Below, piece by piece: positions 39,521 through 53,423 of a stretch of DNA of 64,000 bases. Source of the stretch: Octopus vulgaris (lineage: Eukaryota); contig OX597814.1 in NCBI GenBank assembly GCA_951406725.2, positions 117,056,001-117,120,000 on the forward strand, given 5' to 3'. The notes under the pieces are model-generated. The model ran no database searches and was not told the origin of the DNA. It was given only the letters and a program-made list of their open reading frames with translations. The position numbers and the translations under genes were made by a program. How positions within the stretch are numbered: position 1 is the first letter of the stretch; each line of letters begins with the position of its first letter.

Positions 39521-40303
39521 TACATCGAGCCCAGTAAGGAGCTGGTATTTATCTTATGGGCCCCTAAATTATGAAAGGTGGAATTCAACATCGGCGGAAT
39601 TTGGAATGCGCTAAGCATTTTGCCGCGGGTGCTAAGGAAGAAAGATAGATTATATCAGCATAAGTTATTAGAGTAAATCCTTGTGCGATTTACAGTTTGG
39701 TTATAGTTTTGGTTATGTTTCCATATAGTTTGGTTATGTTGCAATATAAATATTTCAAAACTGAATTAGTTGCACGTATATAAGTTTTTGAAGAAGTTAA
39801 TCGGTCGCTTATATCGATACTACTAATTGTACAGTATTTCATCGGTCATGGTCAGATGAAAAGCAAATCTAATCTGGGAAAAATTTGAAATCTGAAAGTT
39901 AGGAACCTTAACAAAGACATGGATAAATTTTCGATATATGTCTACCAATTCTGCCAAGTATAAGCAAATAATGCAAGCAGAAAAGTAATTAAAGTTTAGT
40001 CATTATGCATTACAATTAGAATAGACAATTTAATCGATTGAAGTAAATTCACTAGCCATAATGATAATTAATATATTAATTAATATTTTTGCAGATATTC
40101 GCTTCACGGGACTATAGAGGACGTTGCTGCATTTGAATGCGTCAGCATGAATGAGTCTTAAGTGTCAAGATATGAGTTGAAATATCGTTGCTTCTATATA
40201 TCGATGTATCTATGTAAGTATGCATCTGTGCGTGTATGTATGTGTATATATATATATATAGTCACACTGGCTGTATATATAGAGATATATGTATGTATAT
40301 ATA

Positions 40304-42450
40304 AACAACCTCGTTTTCTTTTAAAAGATCACAAACAATTTTTTAATAACCCATTTGTACGACTTGTTTGTCCTTCTAGATCTGACATCGGCGTACTTAG
40401 CAAAAATATCCTAAACAAATATACTCCTACGTTAATTTAAAAAATTAAAGCTTAATTTATGATCTTTTTCGTTCCAAGTGATTGACTGGTTTAGTTCTAT
40501 TAATAATGATAAGTGCACTAAGTTTATCCTGTTTCACATTTCTAGTTTCTATTCCTCAATTAACCCAATCGTATATAACAAGGCACTCTGACTCGCACAC
40601 AACAAAGCAGGTCTCACGAGGGATGAAATTAATGTCTTGTTGATCGCCAGAAAATCTATTACTAAATTTGATAACAAGCTATATGTCCGTAAAGATACGC
40701 CGGACAGTTTTGATATCACGATGGCAAGTTCTCATTCAGCAGAAATCGCTGATTTGGTCGGTATATATATCCTTTATGAGATGGCGGACCACTTCCCAAA
40801 CATCAGTGATGATTGTGTACTCTGCTTTCAAAATGCTTCTAACCAAAAATTACAAAGGATTAAGTTTAGCTTAGTTAAATTGTTCCGAAGCATGGGTTGG
40901 AGCATTGTTTTTGATGATGTAACTAAAGCCATCTTTTTGGACATTACCCTTAACTTGCATAATGATTCGTATTTCCCATACCATAAACACTCAAATAATC
41001 TAAGATATATTATCTCTTTCAGTAACCACTCTAAGGCCATTATAAAATTAGTTTGGAATATTTCACTTATACTTTCTAGATTATTTGCTAATGTTGATAT
41101 CTTCAATGATAAAGCTGAATTTTATAACTCTGCCTTACTTAAAGTAGGTTATAAACAAAAAATACCAATATTAACCCTGTAGACATTAATTCTATCTCTA
41201 TTAATCAGTACATGAAATCAAGTTGTAACGATACCAAATCGAGTAAGGTATTACCGCAGCGTAAGAGAGATAACCGCTATTTAAGACCCTTTTTTCATTA
41301 TCACGGTGCATCAAAGACTTTTAAAGACAATTACCCTAATATCAAGGTATGTCCTAGCAAAACTGTTTGGTAAATAATTCCTTATGGTACGCAGATCAAA
41401 TCTATCATCCCTTACCAGTTTCGTGAAGCTATAGAAAAGAATTTCCCAAGATATTCAAGATAAAATTCGATTATTAACTCACACTGAATTAGGACAGGTT
41501 TTTCTAATGCAAAACTCTTTCATAACTCATCTCTTCGCATAATAATAAGTTGTTAAATACAAATCAACTTAATGAAAATCCAAATATTAATTAACATTAA
41601 CCATTCTTTAAATAATATTAACAGCAGGGTTATTGTTTCTGAAGTCAACTCCAATCGCATTCGTTTTCTTAGCAGTAATTCTAAGACTATAACCTCTAAT
41701 TATCAATGTAAAATTACTTCCGGTTCTGACGTCTTTTGTTATATAGATAGTTCTTCAACTCAGTTGTCCAAAAGAATATCTAATCATTACTCTACATTTA
41801 GGTACATCAATAAACGTAACAATACCGAGCTTAATAAATAAGTTTGGTATCTAAAAGATCATAATAAACGGTTTAATTTCGAAGGAAATATTCTCTTAAT
41901 TACTTTACCTTATGACAAAGGTAAATCTTTTGGCTCACTTTGTAATAGTGAAATGTTATTTATCCCCTTGTAAACACGTTTATAGAATGCGTTTATCATT
42001 GCAAACATTGGCAGAAACATACATTTAGTTCCTATAAGTGATTTCTACCATTCTATAAGCTTTGACCTTTGACTGTCTTCTTACATTGCACTTCCACTAA
42101 ATATATCTACTGCCATTTCTTTAAGCTTTATTCTAATTCACCTATTGCTCTATATTTCTCCACTATTAGTTTTCTCCAAATTTATTTCTTTCTCTACGTC
42201 TTTCTATAAACTAACTATGACGTTATATCTACAACTGATTTAAAAAAAACATTGATAGCGTTCCCTTCATCATATAAGCAGCCATCACATTCTGTTAAAA
42301 TGTCTTATTGATGTGTTTGGCTTCTGTCTTTTCCTGATGAGAAGATTGCATTGTTTTACACTATTTTATTCCTTCTGGAATAGTACCAATGTTATCTTCG
42401 AAACATATGTTGGAGGTAAAAGAATCTGAATAACCCCTGCTTTATTCATA
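40304..42450 (+). mobile_element. Degenerate Penelope-like element (RT + C-terminal GIY-YIG + pLTR), resembling the Hydra-type PLE group
   Basis: LKDHK..NNP.VRLVCPSRSDIG.LSK.IL; FDITMAS..SAEIADLVGIYIL; FLDITLNL..Y.PY.K...Y...SNH; YQCKI...YID...KR.SNH..TF; SLC..E...CKH. Confidence 0.8.
42329..42416 (+). ncRNA. Type I hammerhead ribozyme in the PLE 3' pLTR
   Basis: CUGAUGA (42334-42340); stem II GAAGAU/AUCUUC, extended; GAAA; palindromic stem III ACAUAUGU; GUU site; stem I UUUUC/GGAGG (G-U rich). Confidence 0.75.
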
Positions 42451-42453
42451 GTC

Positions 42454-42547
42454 GGCTCCGGGGGAAGTATGGTTGCAAAACAGAAACTTAAAGGAATTGA
42501 CGGAAAGGTACCACCAGGAATGGAGCCTGAAGCTTAATTTCACTCAA
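42454..42547 (+). pseudogene. ~95-bp 18S rRNA fragment
   Basis: CCGGGGGAAGTATGGTTGCAAAACAGAAACTTAAAGGAATTGACGGAAAGGTACCACCAGGAATGGAGCCTGAAGCTTAATTTCACTCAA matches the universally conserved SSU segment AAACTTAAAGGAATTGACGG...GCTTAATTTGACTCAA with several substitutions. Confidence 0.9.
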
Positions 42548-42557
42548 TTAAATTATG

Positions 42558-42652
<95 letters not shown>

Positions 42653-43759
42653 GTTCATATATTTAAAATTTAAGGATCTCTTTGAAAAAAGGGCTTGCAA
42701 TAAATTTACTCTTGTCAAACGAACCAGGGCTCAACTTGTGATATTAAATAGAGTAACAAAGTAAAATTTATCATCCGAGAGCAGAAGATATCATGCTAGC
42801 GGGATCTTACACGGTTTCTGCCAATCAAATATCGCTCACACGCTTTTGATGGCCCTTATGTAATAGCGCGATCCAGCACAGAGACTTTTAGCTTGGAAAT
42901 GAAAGCGTTGACCACAGAGCCATGACAGCGCACGGAGTATCGTATATCAGTTACGTTAATTGGTTAATTTTATATTCAACATCAAATGTTTGTCGTACAA
43001 ACTATAATATCAGAATCAGAAATACGAAAGTTTGGATATAAGTTCATAGATAATGAGGAGCAAATAAATATTGACATATCTGGAGTGACCTGGTAGACAA
43101 AAAAATAAATACTTATAATATAATACTACAACTATTAATGCAGTTATTTTAATTAAAATTCATAATTGGTAAACCGTCCTAATTTCACAGTTCTTTACAC
43201 TTGTATAGAGGCCGTGATCTATCACGATGTCAAAAATCAATAATTTAATTCTGAAGATACTTTTACTAAATTTGTATAAATTTAATGATATTTATACTGC
43301 AAATGATTTTAAAACGTACCCCTCATCCATCCACATCGTTATTGTACTTTGTGCAGATTTCCCTTAGTTGAGTATTAGATGATACCTTAAATTGTGATTT
43401 TTAGTTTGTTATTCATTACCACAGTTAAACATTGGAGACTCTGCAACACCATATTCTCTATACTACCATAGATCTCTTCTCAACGGTTCTGAATCTCTTA
43501 AAATATTATTTTGTGCAACGTCTGCCAGCACCAACTAGTAGCTATTATTCTGCTGTAACTTTTGCCACAGTATGCTGCAGATTCCATATAGTAACGACAT
43601 TAAGCGTACTGTTAAGTTTGGAAATCAAAACCACTGCTGTCGATAAACTAATATGTAACCTATGATTTCTTTCTTATTGCAAATATTTCAATGTAAGATT
43701 ATGCTGCTAACTTTTAAAGAATGCTTCTCCGCCTTACGAGAAATTTATAGAGAGAAAAT

Positions 43760-43842
43760 GTTTGAACTCAGAACGTAATGACAGACGAAATACTGCTAAG
43801 CGTTTCGCCCGGTATGCTAACGTTTCTGCCAGCTAGCCGCCT
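43760..43842 (-). mobile_element. SINE family A head fragment
   Basis: Reverse complement of GGCGGCTAGCTGGCAGAAACGTTAGC...GAGTTCAAA. Confidence 0.8.
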
Positions 43843-44025
43843 TAATTAATTCGTATATCGAGGCATTGCTGTACATGTATTTATGATTGACTGTGTCATG
43901 TTCTGCAGTCTGGTAAACAAAGATTTGCTCTGCTACCAACACGTAAATCTAACCTCGTGGCATCTAACCTCGTGTAATCGATTCCTTAATATATTTGGCC
44001 TGATGATGTCTCTCTGCGTTCTTAG

Positions 44026-44253
44026 GGCGGCGAGCTGGCAGAATCGTTAGCACGCCGGGCGAAATTTTTAGAGGCACTTCGTCTGCCGTAACGTTCTGAG
44101 TTCAATTTCCGCCGAGGTCAACTTTGCCTTTAATCCTTTCGGGATTGATTAAATAAGTACCTGTTATGCAATGGAGTCGATGTAATCGACTTAATCCCTT
44201 TGTCTGGTTTTTGTCTTCTCTATGTTTAGCCCCCTGTGGGCAATAAAGAAATA
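44026..44253 (+). mobile_element. SINE family A
   Basis: Full-length match to 12406-12634. Confidence 0.9.
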
Positions 44254-44493
44254 AAAATATTTAGATGCTCAACTAGACCTGGTGCTATTCTGTGAAGTGA
44301 TGATATACATCCAAAATTTATTAGAATTGATAGTTCTTCTCTTAAATAAGCAGAGCTATTATATGAGAACGTTGCCAGCTCTTTAATAACTTTAGGTTGT
44401 CAGTTAATGAAGATTGGATTCTGGAGGCATTTCCTTACCGTAGGACTCGATTCACCAAAGAGCTACCATGATACTTTATTCATATCCACTTCT

Positions 44494-44543
<50 letters not shown>

Positions 44544-45172
44544 GAAAAGCAAGCTAATGTTAATAACACATAAAACACACATATTAGTCAATCTAATAAT
44601 CTCAAAAATATTTAATAAGGCTTATTGAAAACCTGTTTAATTTTAGACTGCAATGACTATAACATTAAGATGTTTTCCGTGATGGTTTTATAGACTTACA
44701 TATTCGGAAATAATGTAGAAACAATCGATATATGAATGTTAAAAATGTTCGCCATCTACTTAATCACACTCCCAAATGAACCGTTCATAGGTTTATTTTT
44801 GTTGAATTGAAATTGATAAAGTGATACAGACAATTGCTACTTGGTGAGAAATTTATTTACACAGAGAATATTAAGAAGAAAAGCGAATAGAAACTAATAA
44901 ATAGTAGCAATATATTTAAATAGAAATAAACGTTGGTAATTAATAAGATGAATAATTACAGAAATATATACAAAGATTTGAAGCGTGAAGAATTGATATT
45001 AACTGATATCAATAACATTATATTTAGTTCAATTGAATTGTTTTGAACATGGAGTATTTAACGTTCTCGTTCGCGTCCAAAGTGAAAAGAAAACAAAAAC
45101 AATATCAAATACATCGAAATTTATAGTATAAATTTCTCCACGAAACCATCAATATTATATATATATAATATT

Positions 45173-45293
45173 GGAGTGGCTGTGTGGTAAGTAGCTTTCT
45201 TATCAACCACATCGTCAAATGTCTTCTACTATAGCTTCGGGCCGACCAAATCCTTATGTGTAGATTTAGTAGACGGAAACTGAAAGAAGCCCG

Positions 45294-45334
<41 letters not shown>

Positions 45335-45592
45335 CGTGTATTTGTTTGTATGCATGTGTGTGAATATATATGTACGTATGCATGTATGTATGTACATGTG
45401 TGTATGTTTGTGTGTCTATGTTTGTCCCCCAAACATCGCTTGACAACTGCGGCTGGTGTGATTACGTCCTGTAACTTAGCAGTTTGGTAAAAGGAGACCG
45501 ATAGAATGTGTACTAGGCGTACAAAGAATAAGTCCAGGGGTCGATTTGCTCGACTAAAGGCGGTACTTCAAATGACTGAATCAAGTAAAAGA
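45173..45592 (+). mobile_element. SINE family B (internal deletions)
   Basis: Head, internal microsatellite and tail match the other copies. Confidence 0.85.
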
Positions 45593-45658
45593 ATGAAATA
45601 TTAAAAGAATATATATGCTTTTCTGGATGAAAAAACACAAATGTGCGTGCACACATGT

Positions 45659-45733
<75 letters not shown>

Positions 45734-46322
45734 CTAAAAAGGAATATATTCATAACGCTCTCTAAATATTAAGATATCTTTCAGATTTGCAACCATAGAG
45801 ATTTACAGAATTTACTAAACACTAATATCATATGTTGTATATAAACAGTGTTTGTTCATATTTTGCACGGATGCACACATATATACCCCATAAATACATG
45901 TATACATCCATGAATCCATCCATCAATCTATCCATCCATCCATACATACATACATACATACATACATACATACATACATACATACAAGTGAAATGACACT
46001 GTCGGAAAACGAAGTGTGTACATGAAGCACAGCAGACATAATGATCTATAGGAGTGAAAATAATGTTTATAAATTAGTAAAATATTTTTGCCCTCTATCG
46101 ATAATATAATGTTATAGAGGAAGCGTAAGAATACATTTAATGTAAACTAGAGAAAAACCAATAGGAATATATTTTTGTAATATAACACTAGCTTTCCTTG
46201 GGCACTCTGTTGTCTTTAGAAGCTGGGCTTCATAAAACCTTAGAGGATATGACTGATTAAGAAACCTGATAACATAATGGATTCGCGAATGTAAGTAGAG
46301 ACTACCATACGATTGATGATTG

Positions 46323-46363
<41 letters not shown>

Positions 46364-46757
46364 CAAACGGGGTACTTATGAAAAGAGGTGAGGCGTGTGT
46401 CAAAATATACAAATGCATACGTTTGTCTTTATAAACATTCTTATTTAGCTGTCATGTAATTTATAATAAGAGAAATTTGTTTCCATTTCGAAACAATTTC
46501 CCTATTGATAAATTTCAATGTTAAAATCTCATTCGAAACACATGAACGCACGACCATATATAAACATACATATATACTAAACCAACACAAACAACTACAC
46601 ATACATACAGCGATGCGCAGACAAACACACACACATATTTATATATGTATATAAGATCAGAAAACATTTAGATTCAGATGAATATGGTACTTAAGTCAAA
46701 GGCACCAGAATTTTGTGTGGTATTATCCAAATAAATCAAATGGGGTGATTATAATCA

Positions 46758-46833
46758 AAATAAGCAACAAGTATATCCGTGGTAGCATGAAACAATTGTA
46801 CTACTCTACCTCGGATATACTTGTTGCTTATTT
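46758..46833. repeat. 28-bp-arm hairpin whose loop holds the 3' half of a hammerhead (GAAA-CAATTG-TA)
   Basis: AAATAAGCAACAAGTATATCCGTGGTAG / CTACCTCGGATATACTTGTTGCTTATTT; next to (TA)n. Confidence 0.75.
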
Positions 46834-46838
46834 GGATA

Positions 46839-46916
<78 letters not shown>

Positions 46917-47084
46917 TATGTATATATGGGCAGGGCTGGCCTGCTAGATAGCCGGCCAGAAAGCTAGAAGAAGATCATCAACGATCAAACTACAAGGGAA
47001 ATTCACTAGAGGAAGAATTCAGCGAACACCAGAACCAACTTTGGCGGGCAGGACATATGAAAAATTAAATAAATAACAGACTTA

Positions 47085-47160
47085 AATGCATACCTCGGTT
47101 TCGGTCTTAACAAAAGAATTACTTGCATAATTCAAGTGTCCGTGACTTCTTCAGTACATT
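47085..47160 (-). ncRNA. Type I hammerhead ribozyme (left arm)
   Basis: AAUGUA-CUGAAGA-AGUC...GACC-GAAA-CC.GA.GG-UA-UGCAUU. Confidence 0.75.
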
Positions 47161-47257
47161 CGGTCCTCGAGATGCAAACCGCAAGACTAACCCCAGCCCG
47201 TGTCTGTCTTGACACAGAGAGCTGGGGTTAGTCTTGCGGTTTGCATCTCGAGGACCG

Positions 47258-47333
47258 AATGTACTGATGAAGTCACGGACACTTGAATTATGCAAGTAAT
47301 TCTTTTGTTAAGACCGAAACCGACGTATGCATT
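47258..47333 (+). ncRNA. Type I hammerhead ribozyme (right arm)
   Basis: Stem I AAUGUA/UGCAUU; CUGAUGA; stem II (A)GUC...GAC(C); GAAA; AC-CGAC-GU; GUA site. Confidence 0.75.
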
Positions 47334-47594
47334 TAAGTCTGTTTTTTATTTAATTTTTCATATGTCCTGTCCGCCAAAGTTGGTTCTGGTGTTCGCTGAA
47401 TTCTTCCTCTAGAGAATTTCCCTTGTAGTTTGATCGTTGATGATCTTCTAGCATTCTGGCCGGCTACCTAGCAGGCCAGCCCTGCCAATATACACATATA
47501 TTTGAATTTTCTCTGACTCCTCAGATTTTTGAATGCTGGACTACTGGTTTTAAATTGATATTAAAATTAATATTAATTTATCTCCCTCAATTTT

Positions 47595-47635
<41 letters not shown>

Positions 47636-48798
47636 GTGCAGGCACATGATTGTGTGCGTGTGTGGTGTACTGAATATGTACTTTAGTAACTGATGGTGCA
47701 TAAGAATAACATGACTCAGGTAACGATAAACAATTCCCTCATCATATAACACAACTAGATTTAGTCCTAGTTTTCTATTCACTTTAAACATATGAATTTT
47801 CCCGCAGCCATATATTTTCCAAAAGATAAAAAAAAAATATTTGCAAATTAGAATAGTAAAACACGTTTAATCAACAATTCCGTATGTCCTTTGCAGGAAA
47901 CGTGGCGGAATGCCAAATGCAGTAAATCATCAGATTCCCTTAGGTCCCTTTGTTTTTCTTCGTTGGAAATCTCTCGTGGTTGCTTTTGCCCCTAATTACG
48001 TGTTTGTTGCTAAAATACTTTCCAGTACATTAAAAATAGGTCAAAGTTCCATAGGAAATAGACCAAGCACAAATTCTGAAGTAAAATATTTGAGGAGTAC
48101 TTTTCATGAAACGATCCTCATATATCATTCCAATAAACGTCCAACTCTGTATTTCACACAATAAAAAAAAATCACCTTACGAACGCTCCTTCAAGCCGAT
48201 CCAACATCCTTTACATCTCTACATAGTTCAGTTTATGTTAGTGTTGGGAACACGGCAGCCATTATTGGCTTGAGTTATGTTAGAAATTTTTTTTTTCTAT
48301 TACAGGAATATGACATTAAATTGATAAAATACTAAAATATCTAAAGCGATATTTTTTTATTACAAAAATACAAAAAAAAATGAGTAATAAAAATGGAGGA
48401 AAACCTGAATATCATTAGTGGATTTATTCTGATTTCATGGAATCATAGTAATTTATTTCGTTACTATTTGAGATTCAGACGATTTAGATATTTTAACATA
48501 TTGAATAATGTACTCATACATATAAAAAAATTCTGGAAAATGAAAAAAATATATAAAATTTTGCTGAAATACATTTGATCATAGGTCTGCTCTCGATAGT
48601 GAATATGTTTGGACTAAACAACAAAATCGGCAACATAATGAGGTTGATAAAATCGTCTGCAACAGTCAAACAAAAGCCTGTCTTGAATGTCATAGAAACT
48701 TATGTAGTTTAGTGTTTTTCATTTATTCCTCACATCTACACACACACTAACAAACACAGACACAGACGCACACACACACACTAACAAACACAGACCAG

Positions 48799-48829
<31 letters not shown>

Positions 48830-48996
48830 TTCACTCTCACACACACACACACACACACACAGAGAAAGCTACAATATGACAAAGCACTCGTTACGAGAAG
48901 TTTCGACAATCTCAACAATTTTCATCAACGTTTTTATTGACTAACTCTTCTGTTAATACGTGTGTGTGCGTGTGCGTGTGTAAAACACATATCAAC

Positions 48997-49040
<44 letters not shown>

Positions 49041-49869
49041 TTTGTGTGTGTGTGTACATGTGCGTCTGTATGAAAAAAAATATATACTTACATATGTGTA
49101 TATATGCATATATGTATGAGCATCTCTCTCTCTCTCTCTCCCTCTCTCTCTATCTATCTATCTGTATGTGTACCTTTGTATCTATGTATGACGTTCGTTG
49201 AAAACAACTCATCAGTATCTGGAATGTCAGTCAATCGCGTCGCTTACTTATTAGTTTATCGAGAACAATGGTTTTGATTTCCAAAGTTAACAGTACGCTT
49301 AATGTCGTTTCTGAATAGAATCCGCAGCATATTGCGGCAAAAACTTACAGAGATGGACTTTTATTCTACAGCTACCTTCCACTAAGTATTATTTCCTACG
49401 CTTGGGATTGGCGCGTTTCCGGTCTGTATTAAAAAAAAATTAAGATGTAATACAGTGCGACCAAACTCGTTACCTCACGGTTGTAATCCAGCACCTCATC
49501 CATTTGCCCACGGAATTCAGGTATGTAATGTGTCAAGGAGTTTGACTATTGAAATCCCTAAACGAAAATATGTTTTGTGGCAACACTGGGTGCGATTTCT
49601 TGCTTTTAATTCATAACACGTTTCGAACAGTGACTCGAGTGAATATAACACACTTATGGACTTGCATAGAATGTGTCATTAGTTACTTGATATTGAGGTC
49701 TATGACTTAAGAAGCTCGATTTTCAACCGGATATTTCCGAGTTCTGTGCCGCTGCGGGGTAAGGAATTTTCTTCTGTACCCTGGGGCCGAACAAAACTTG
49801 TGAGTGGATGCGGTAAACGGAAACTAAAATGAGCCCGTCGTGTATATATATATATATTTTAAATTTTTT

Positions 49870-50262
49870 CTTGTTTCAGTCATTGAAGCGCCTTCAAGAA
49901 CTTTTAGTCAAATGTTTTAACTCAAGTACATTTTCTCTTGAAGCCTGTTACATATTTTACCTTCTCTTTCGTGCAATCGTTCAGTTGCGGGGATTTAAAC
50001 ATATCAGCATCGGTAGCCGAGAGGTGTCGGAGGACAAACACACGCATAAGCAGAGACACAGACACACACAGACATACACGCACACACAGATACACACACA
50101 CGATCACACAGACACACAGACAAAGATATATATATTACGAACTCACAAGTCTTTGCTGGCCCAAGGATATGGTAGAAGACATGCGCTCATGGTGTCACGC
50201 AATGAGACTGAATCCCGAAACATCTTGTTGGAAACCAAGCTTCTTACCTCACAGCCACGCCT
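49870..50262 (-). mobile_element. Degenerate SINE family B (a further degenerate head lies at ~49700-49845, plus strand)
   Basis: TTGTTTCAGTCATT tail and CACAGCCACGCC head. Confidence 0.65.
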
Positions 50263-51201
50263 GTATAGAAAAAATTATATATTCTAAATGACTGATACAT
50301 AAGACAGAGTGTATTGGGAACTTTATTTATACGATCTGGGGAATCGAGTGCATGAGTGTATGAAGTGTAGTAAATTTGTAAGCTTCATGCAGTGGGTGGC
50401 AGGTATAGAGAACAAAAAGGGGACAGTATACTATACACAATTATAATTCTTTGGCATTGCGTTTGCGCACTTTTTCCATACTAAAGTTGCAAATAGATTC
50501 GTTAAGCTGATAGCTTCTATATACGTCACATTGAGTAAGTAAAGGTGCTACTAAATACCAGTGCAAATAAATACCAAAATGATAGAGTGAAAGTGGTAAG
50601 ATGTTCCTTAGCTTAAACTGATGTAATTGTTATTCAATGCGATGTACTGAAAGAGGAGCACTGACGTCTTGCGTTGCATGGAGCAACCGACCCAAACTCC
50701 GCCTCCCATCTACTTGGAGGACAGCATTCTAGCAATCGGAAAAAATTGTTGTCATGTCCTCAATAGATATTTATGACTGCAATACTTTCTACATAATGGT
50801 GACATTGCATTTCTTTTTTTCTTCATTCTTTCCTAATCTTAGTTCTTTTCTTCCTACTCCTCAACTCCAAACCTCACCCACTCTTGCATATTTTTCGTCT
50901 CCACCTTTGCTTTATCGCTCATTGTTTTTCTAAATTTACTTGTTTTTTTTATATATTGCTTTGTTTTTGTTTACAATTGGACTATCTATTCAGTTGAACT
51001 CACCATTTTGTGTTGGCTGACTTAGAAATTCCTGGTGACAGTGTAACATTCATATCACTACGGAAATTTCAGTGTGATAATTAGCTTTACAGAGTATATC
51101 TCAGTGCAAAGCAATGTGAATGTGTCGTTGTCGTGGTGGTGGCACTTACCTAGCGTACCTGATCGTTTAGATTACCTGTGAACAAAACTCCAATATTTTG
51201 C

Positions 51202-51231
<30 letters not shown>

Positions 51232-51242
<11 letters not shown>

Positions 51243-51523
51243 TTGTGTTGTGTCTGTCTCCTACGATTTAGATTCCTAACTCCTCCCACATTTTCCGGTG
51301 CAGTTTAACCAGAAGCGAGTATCTTATAGTCGTGATTCATATCGAGCCCTTCTGGATATTAACGCGCGTGTACGGTGAGTCTACGATTAAAAAAAAAAAT
51401 TACCATCATTTTTTTTCCATTTTGAATGCATTTTTTGCTATTATATAAGGGAAGTAACTCTCTAAAAATGTTTATATAGTTATTTCCCTTACAAACCCGA
51501 GCAACGCCAGGCGATACTACTAG
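51232..51523 (+). mobile_element. Non-autonomous Helitron-like element
   Basis: Starts in (TA)n with AAGTTGTGTTGTGTCTGTC; ends with a GC-rich subterminal segment CCCGAGCAACGCCAGGCG followed by CTAG|T. Confidence 0.6.
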
Positions 51524-51850
51524 TATATATATATATATTTCTATTGTATAGAGGGCATTATTACACATAAATGCCTCACACTAAGAGGGACAAAGTCATT
51601 ACTACCAAAATTATACTAATCACTACTATCCAAATTTAATCACTAAGAGGACAAAGTCATTACTACAAAATTTACTAATCATAAAATGCAGTTTTTCAAA
51701 GCAAGACATTTAAAAAATGAATTTAGTTCTGTATACCGTGATTTCACATTCAACTTACGTCTTATGATCCTCAGCAGAACTGATTCTGAACACATCATAA
51801 ATAAACTACCAACCTTACGTAGCGAAGACGAACAGACATCTGCTCAGAGC

Positions 51851-52540
51851 AGTATGAATGAAAGCTTGTGTCACCAGTCTACTGGTGCCGAAGACTACTT
51901 GGTGTAATTGATAATTATTCCAAATTAATTAATTTCACCCTTCATTGTTACTCATAACCATATTCATCCCAGTAAATGACCACAGCACTTTGTCTTGGCT
52001 ACACGCGGGTGGGAAGGGACTGGTGACACAAGCTTTCATTCATACTTTGAATTTGGTGATACTAGCTGTGGCTTCTAGCTCGCTCTGATACTGAGTTGAG
52101 TTGGTGCCTTCTAGTATCTCAAAATTCAATATTCAATCATTCATGATTGTTTGTATCCTGCGCTGATGAGAGAAGAAGTCTGGGTAAGGTAGAATTATCT
52201 AATTCTTATGCTTTCCTAAGACTTGATCTCGAAACGTACGTCCGTAGGTGACTTAAAACTGTATGATAGATTGCCGTTAATTCATTCTCTCTTACCTGTT
52301 TGTGTTTGCCTTTCAAATGATGTGTCTTTACTGTGATCTCCCTTTTAGTAGAAGAAATAGCTATAATCTCTTTGACTGCTATTTCTAAATTCGGTGTGCG
52401 GTAAGGCAATTCGTTGCTAAACCCTTAATTGCTTAGTATTACTTAAATTTTCCTCGAATGAGGCTTTTACATGCCGACGACTACTTGGTGTAATTGATAA
52501 TTATTCCAAATTAATTAATTTCACCCTTCATTGTTACTCA

Positions 52541-52544
<4 letters not shown>
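51851..52544 (+). mobile_element. Retrozyme/pLTR-like element: 586-bp unit with 73-bp terminal direct repeats and a short 5' inverted segment, ending in (TA)n
   Basis: 51886-51958 matches 52472-52544; 51851-51879 is the reverse complement of 52018-52046; canonical hammerhead inside. Confidence 0.85.
52157..52248 (+). ncRNA. Canonical type I hammerhead ribozyme with long stem II
   Basis: Stem I CCUGCG/CGUAGG; CUGAUGA; GAGA..AAGUC...GACUU..UCUC; GAAA; palindromic ACGUACGU; GUC site (cleavage after 52242). Confidence 0.9.
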
Positions 52545-52626
<82 letters not shown>

Positions 52627-52730
52627 TATATATATATATACGTATTTATACATATATATATATATATATCTACATATATATATACGTATATATACATATA
52701 TATACACATATATATGTATGTATATATACG

Positions 52731-53423
<693 letters not shown>

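Larger units (their letters stand above)
46929..47486. mobile_element. ~560-bp fold-back pLTR-like element (arms ~268 bp, 23-bp spacer) in (TA)n, one hammerhead per arm
   Basis: 46929-47197 is the reverse complement of 47221-47486 with a few substitutions and a 3-bp indel. Confidence 0.9.

Noticed and set aside
42454-42547. Functional rRNA gene
   Set aside because: Only ~95 bp, with substitutions at conserved positions; recorded as a pseudogene fragment
49465-49530. Possible micro-exon (plus-strand donor CAG|GTATGT, or minus-strand MDEVLDYNRE|GTAACG)
   Set aside because: Short, ambiguous strand, no recognisable protein match
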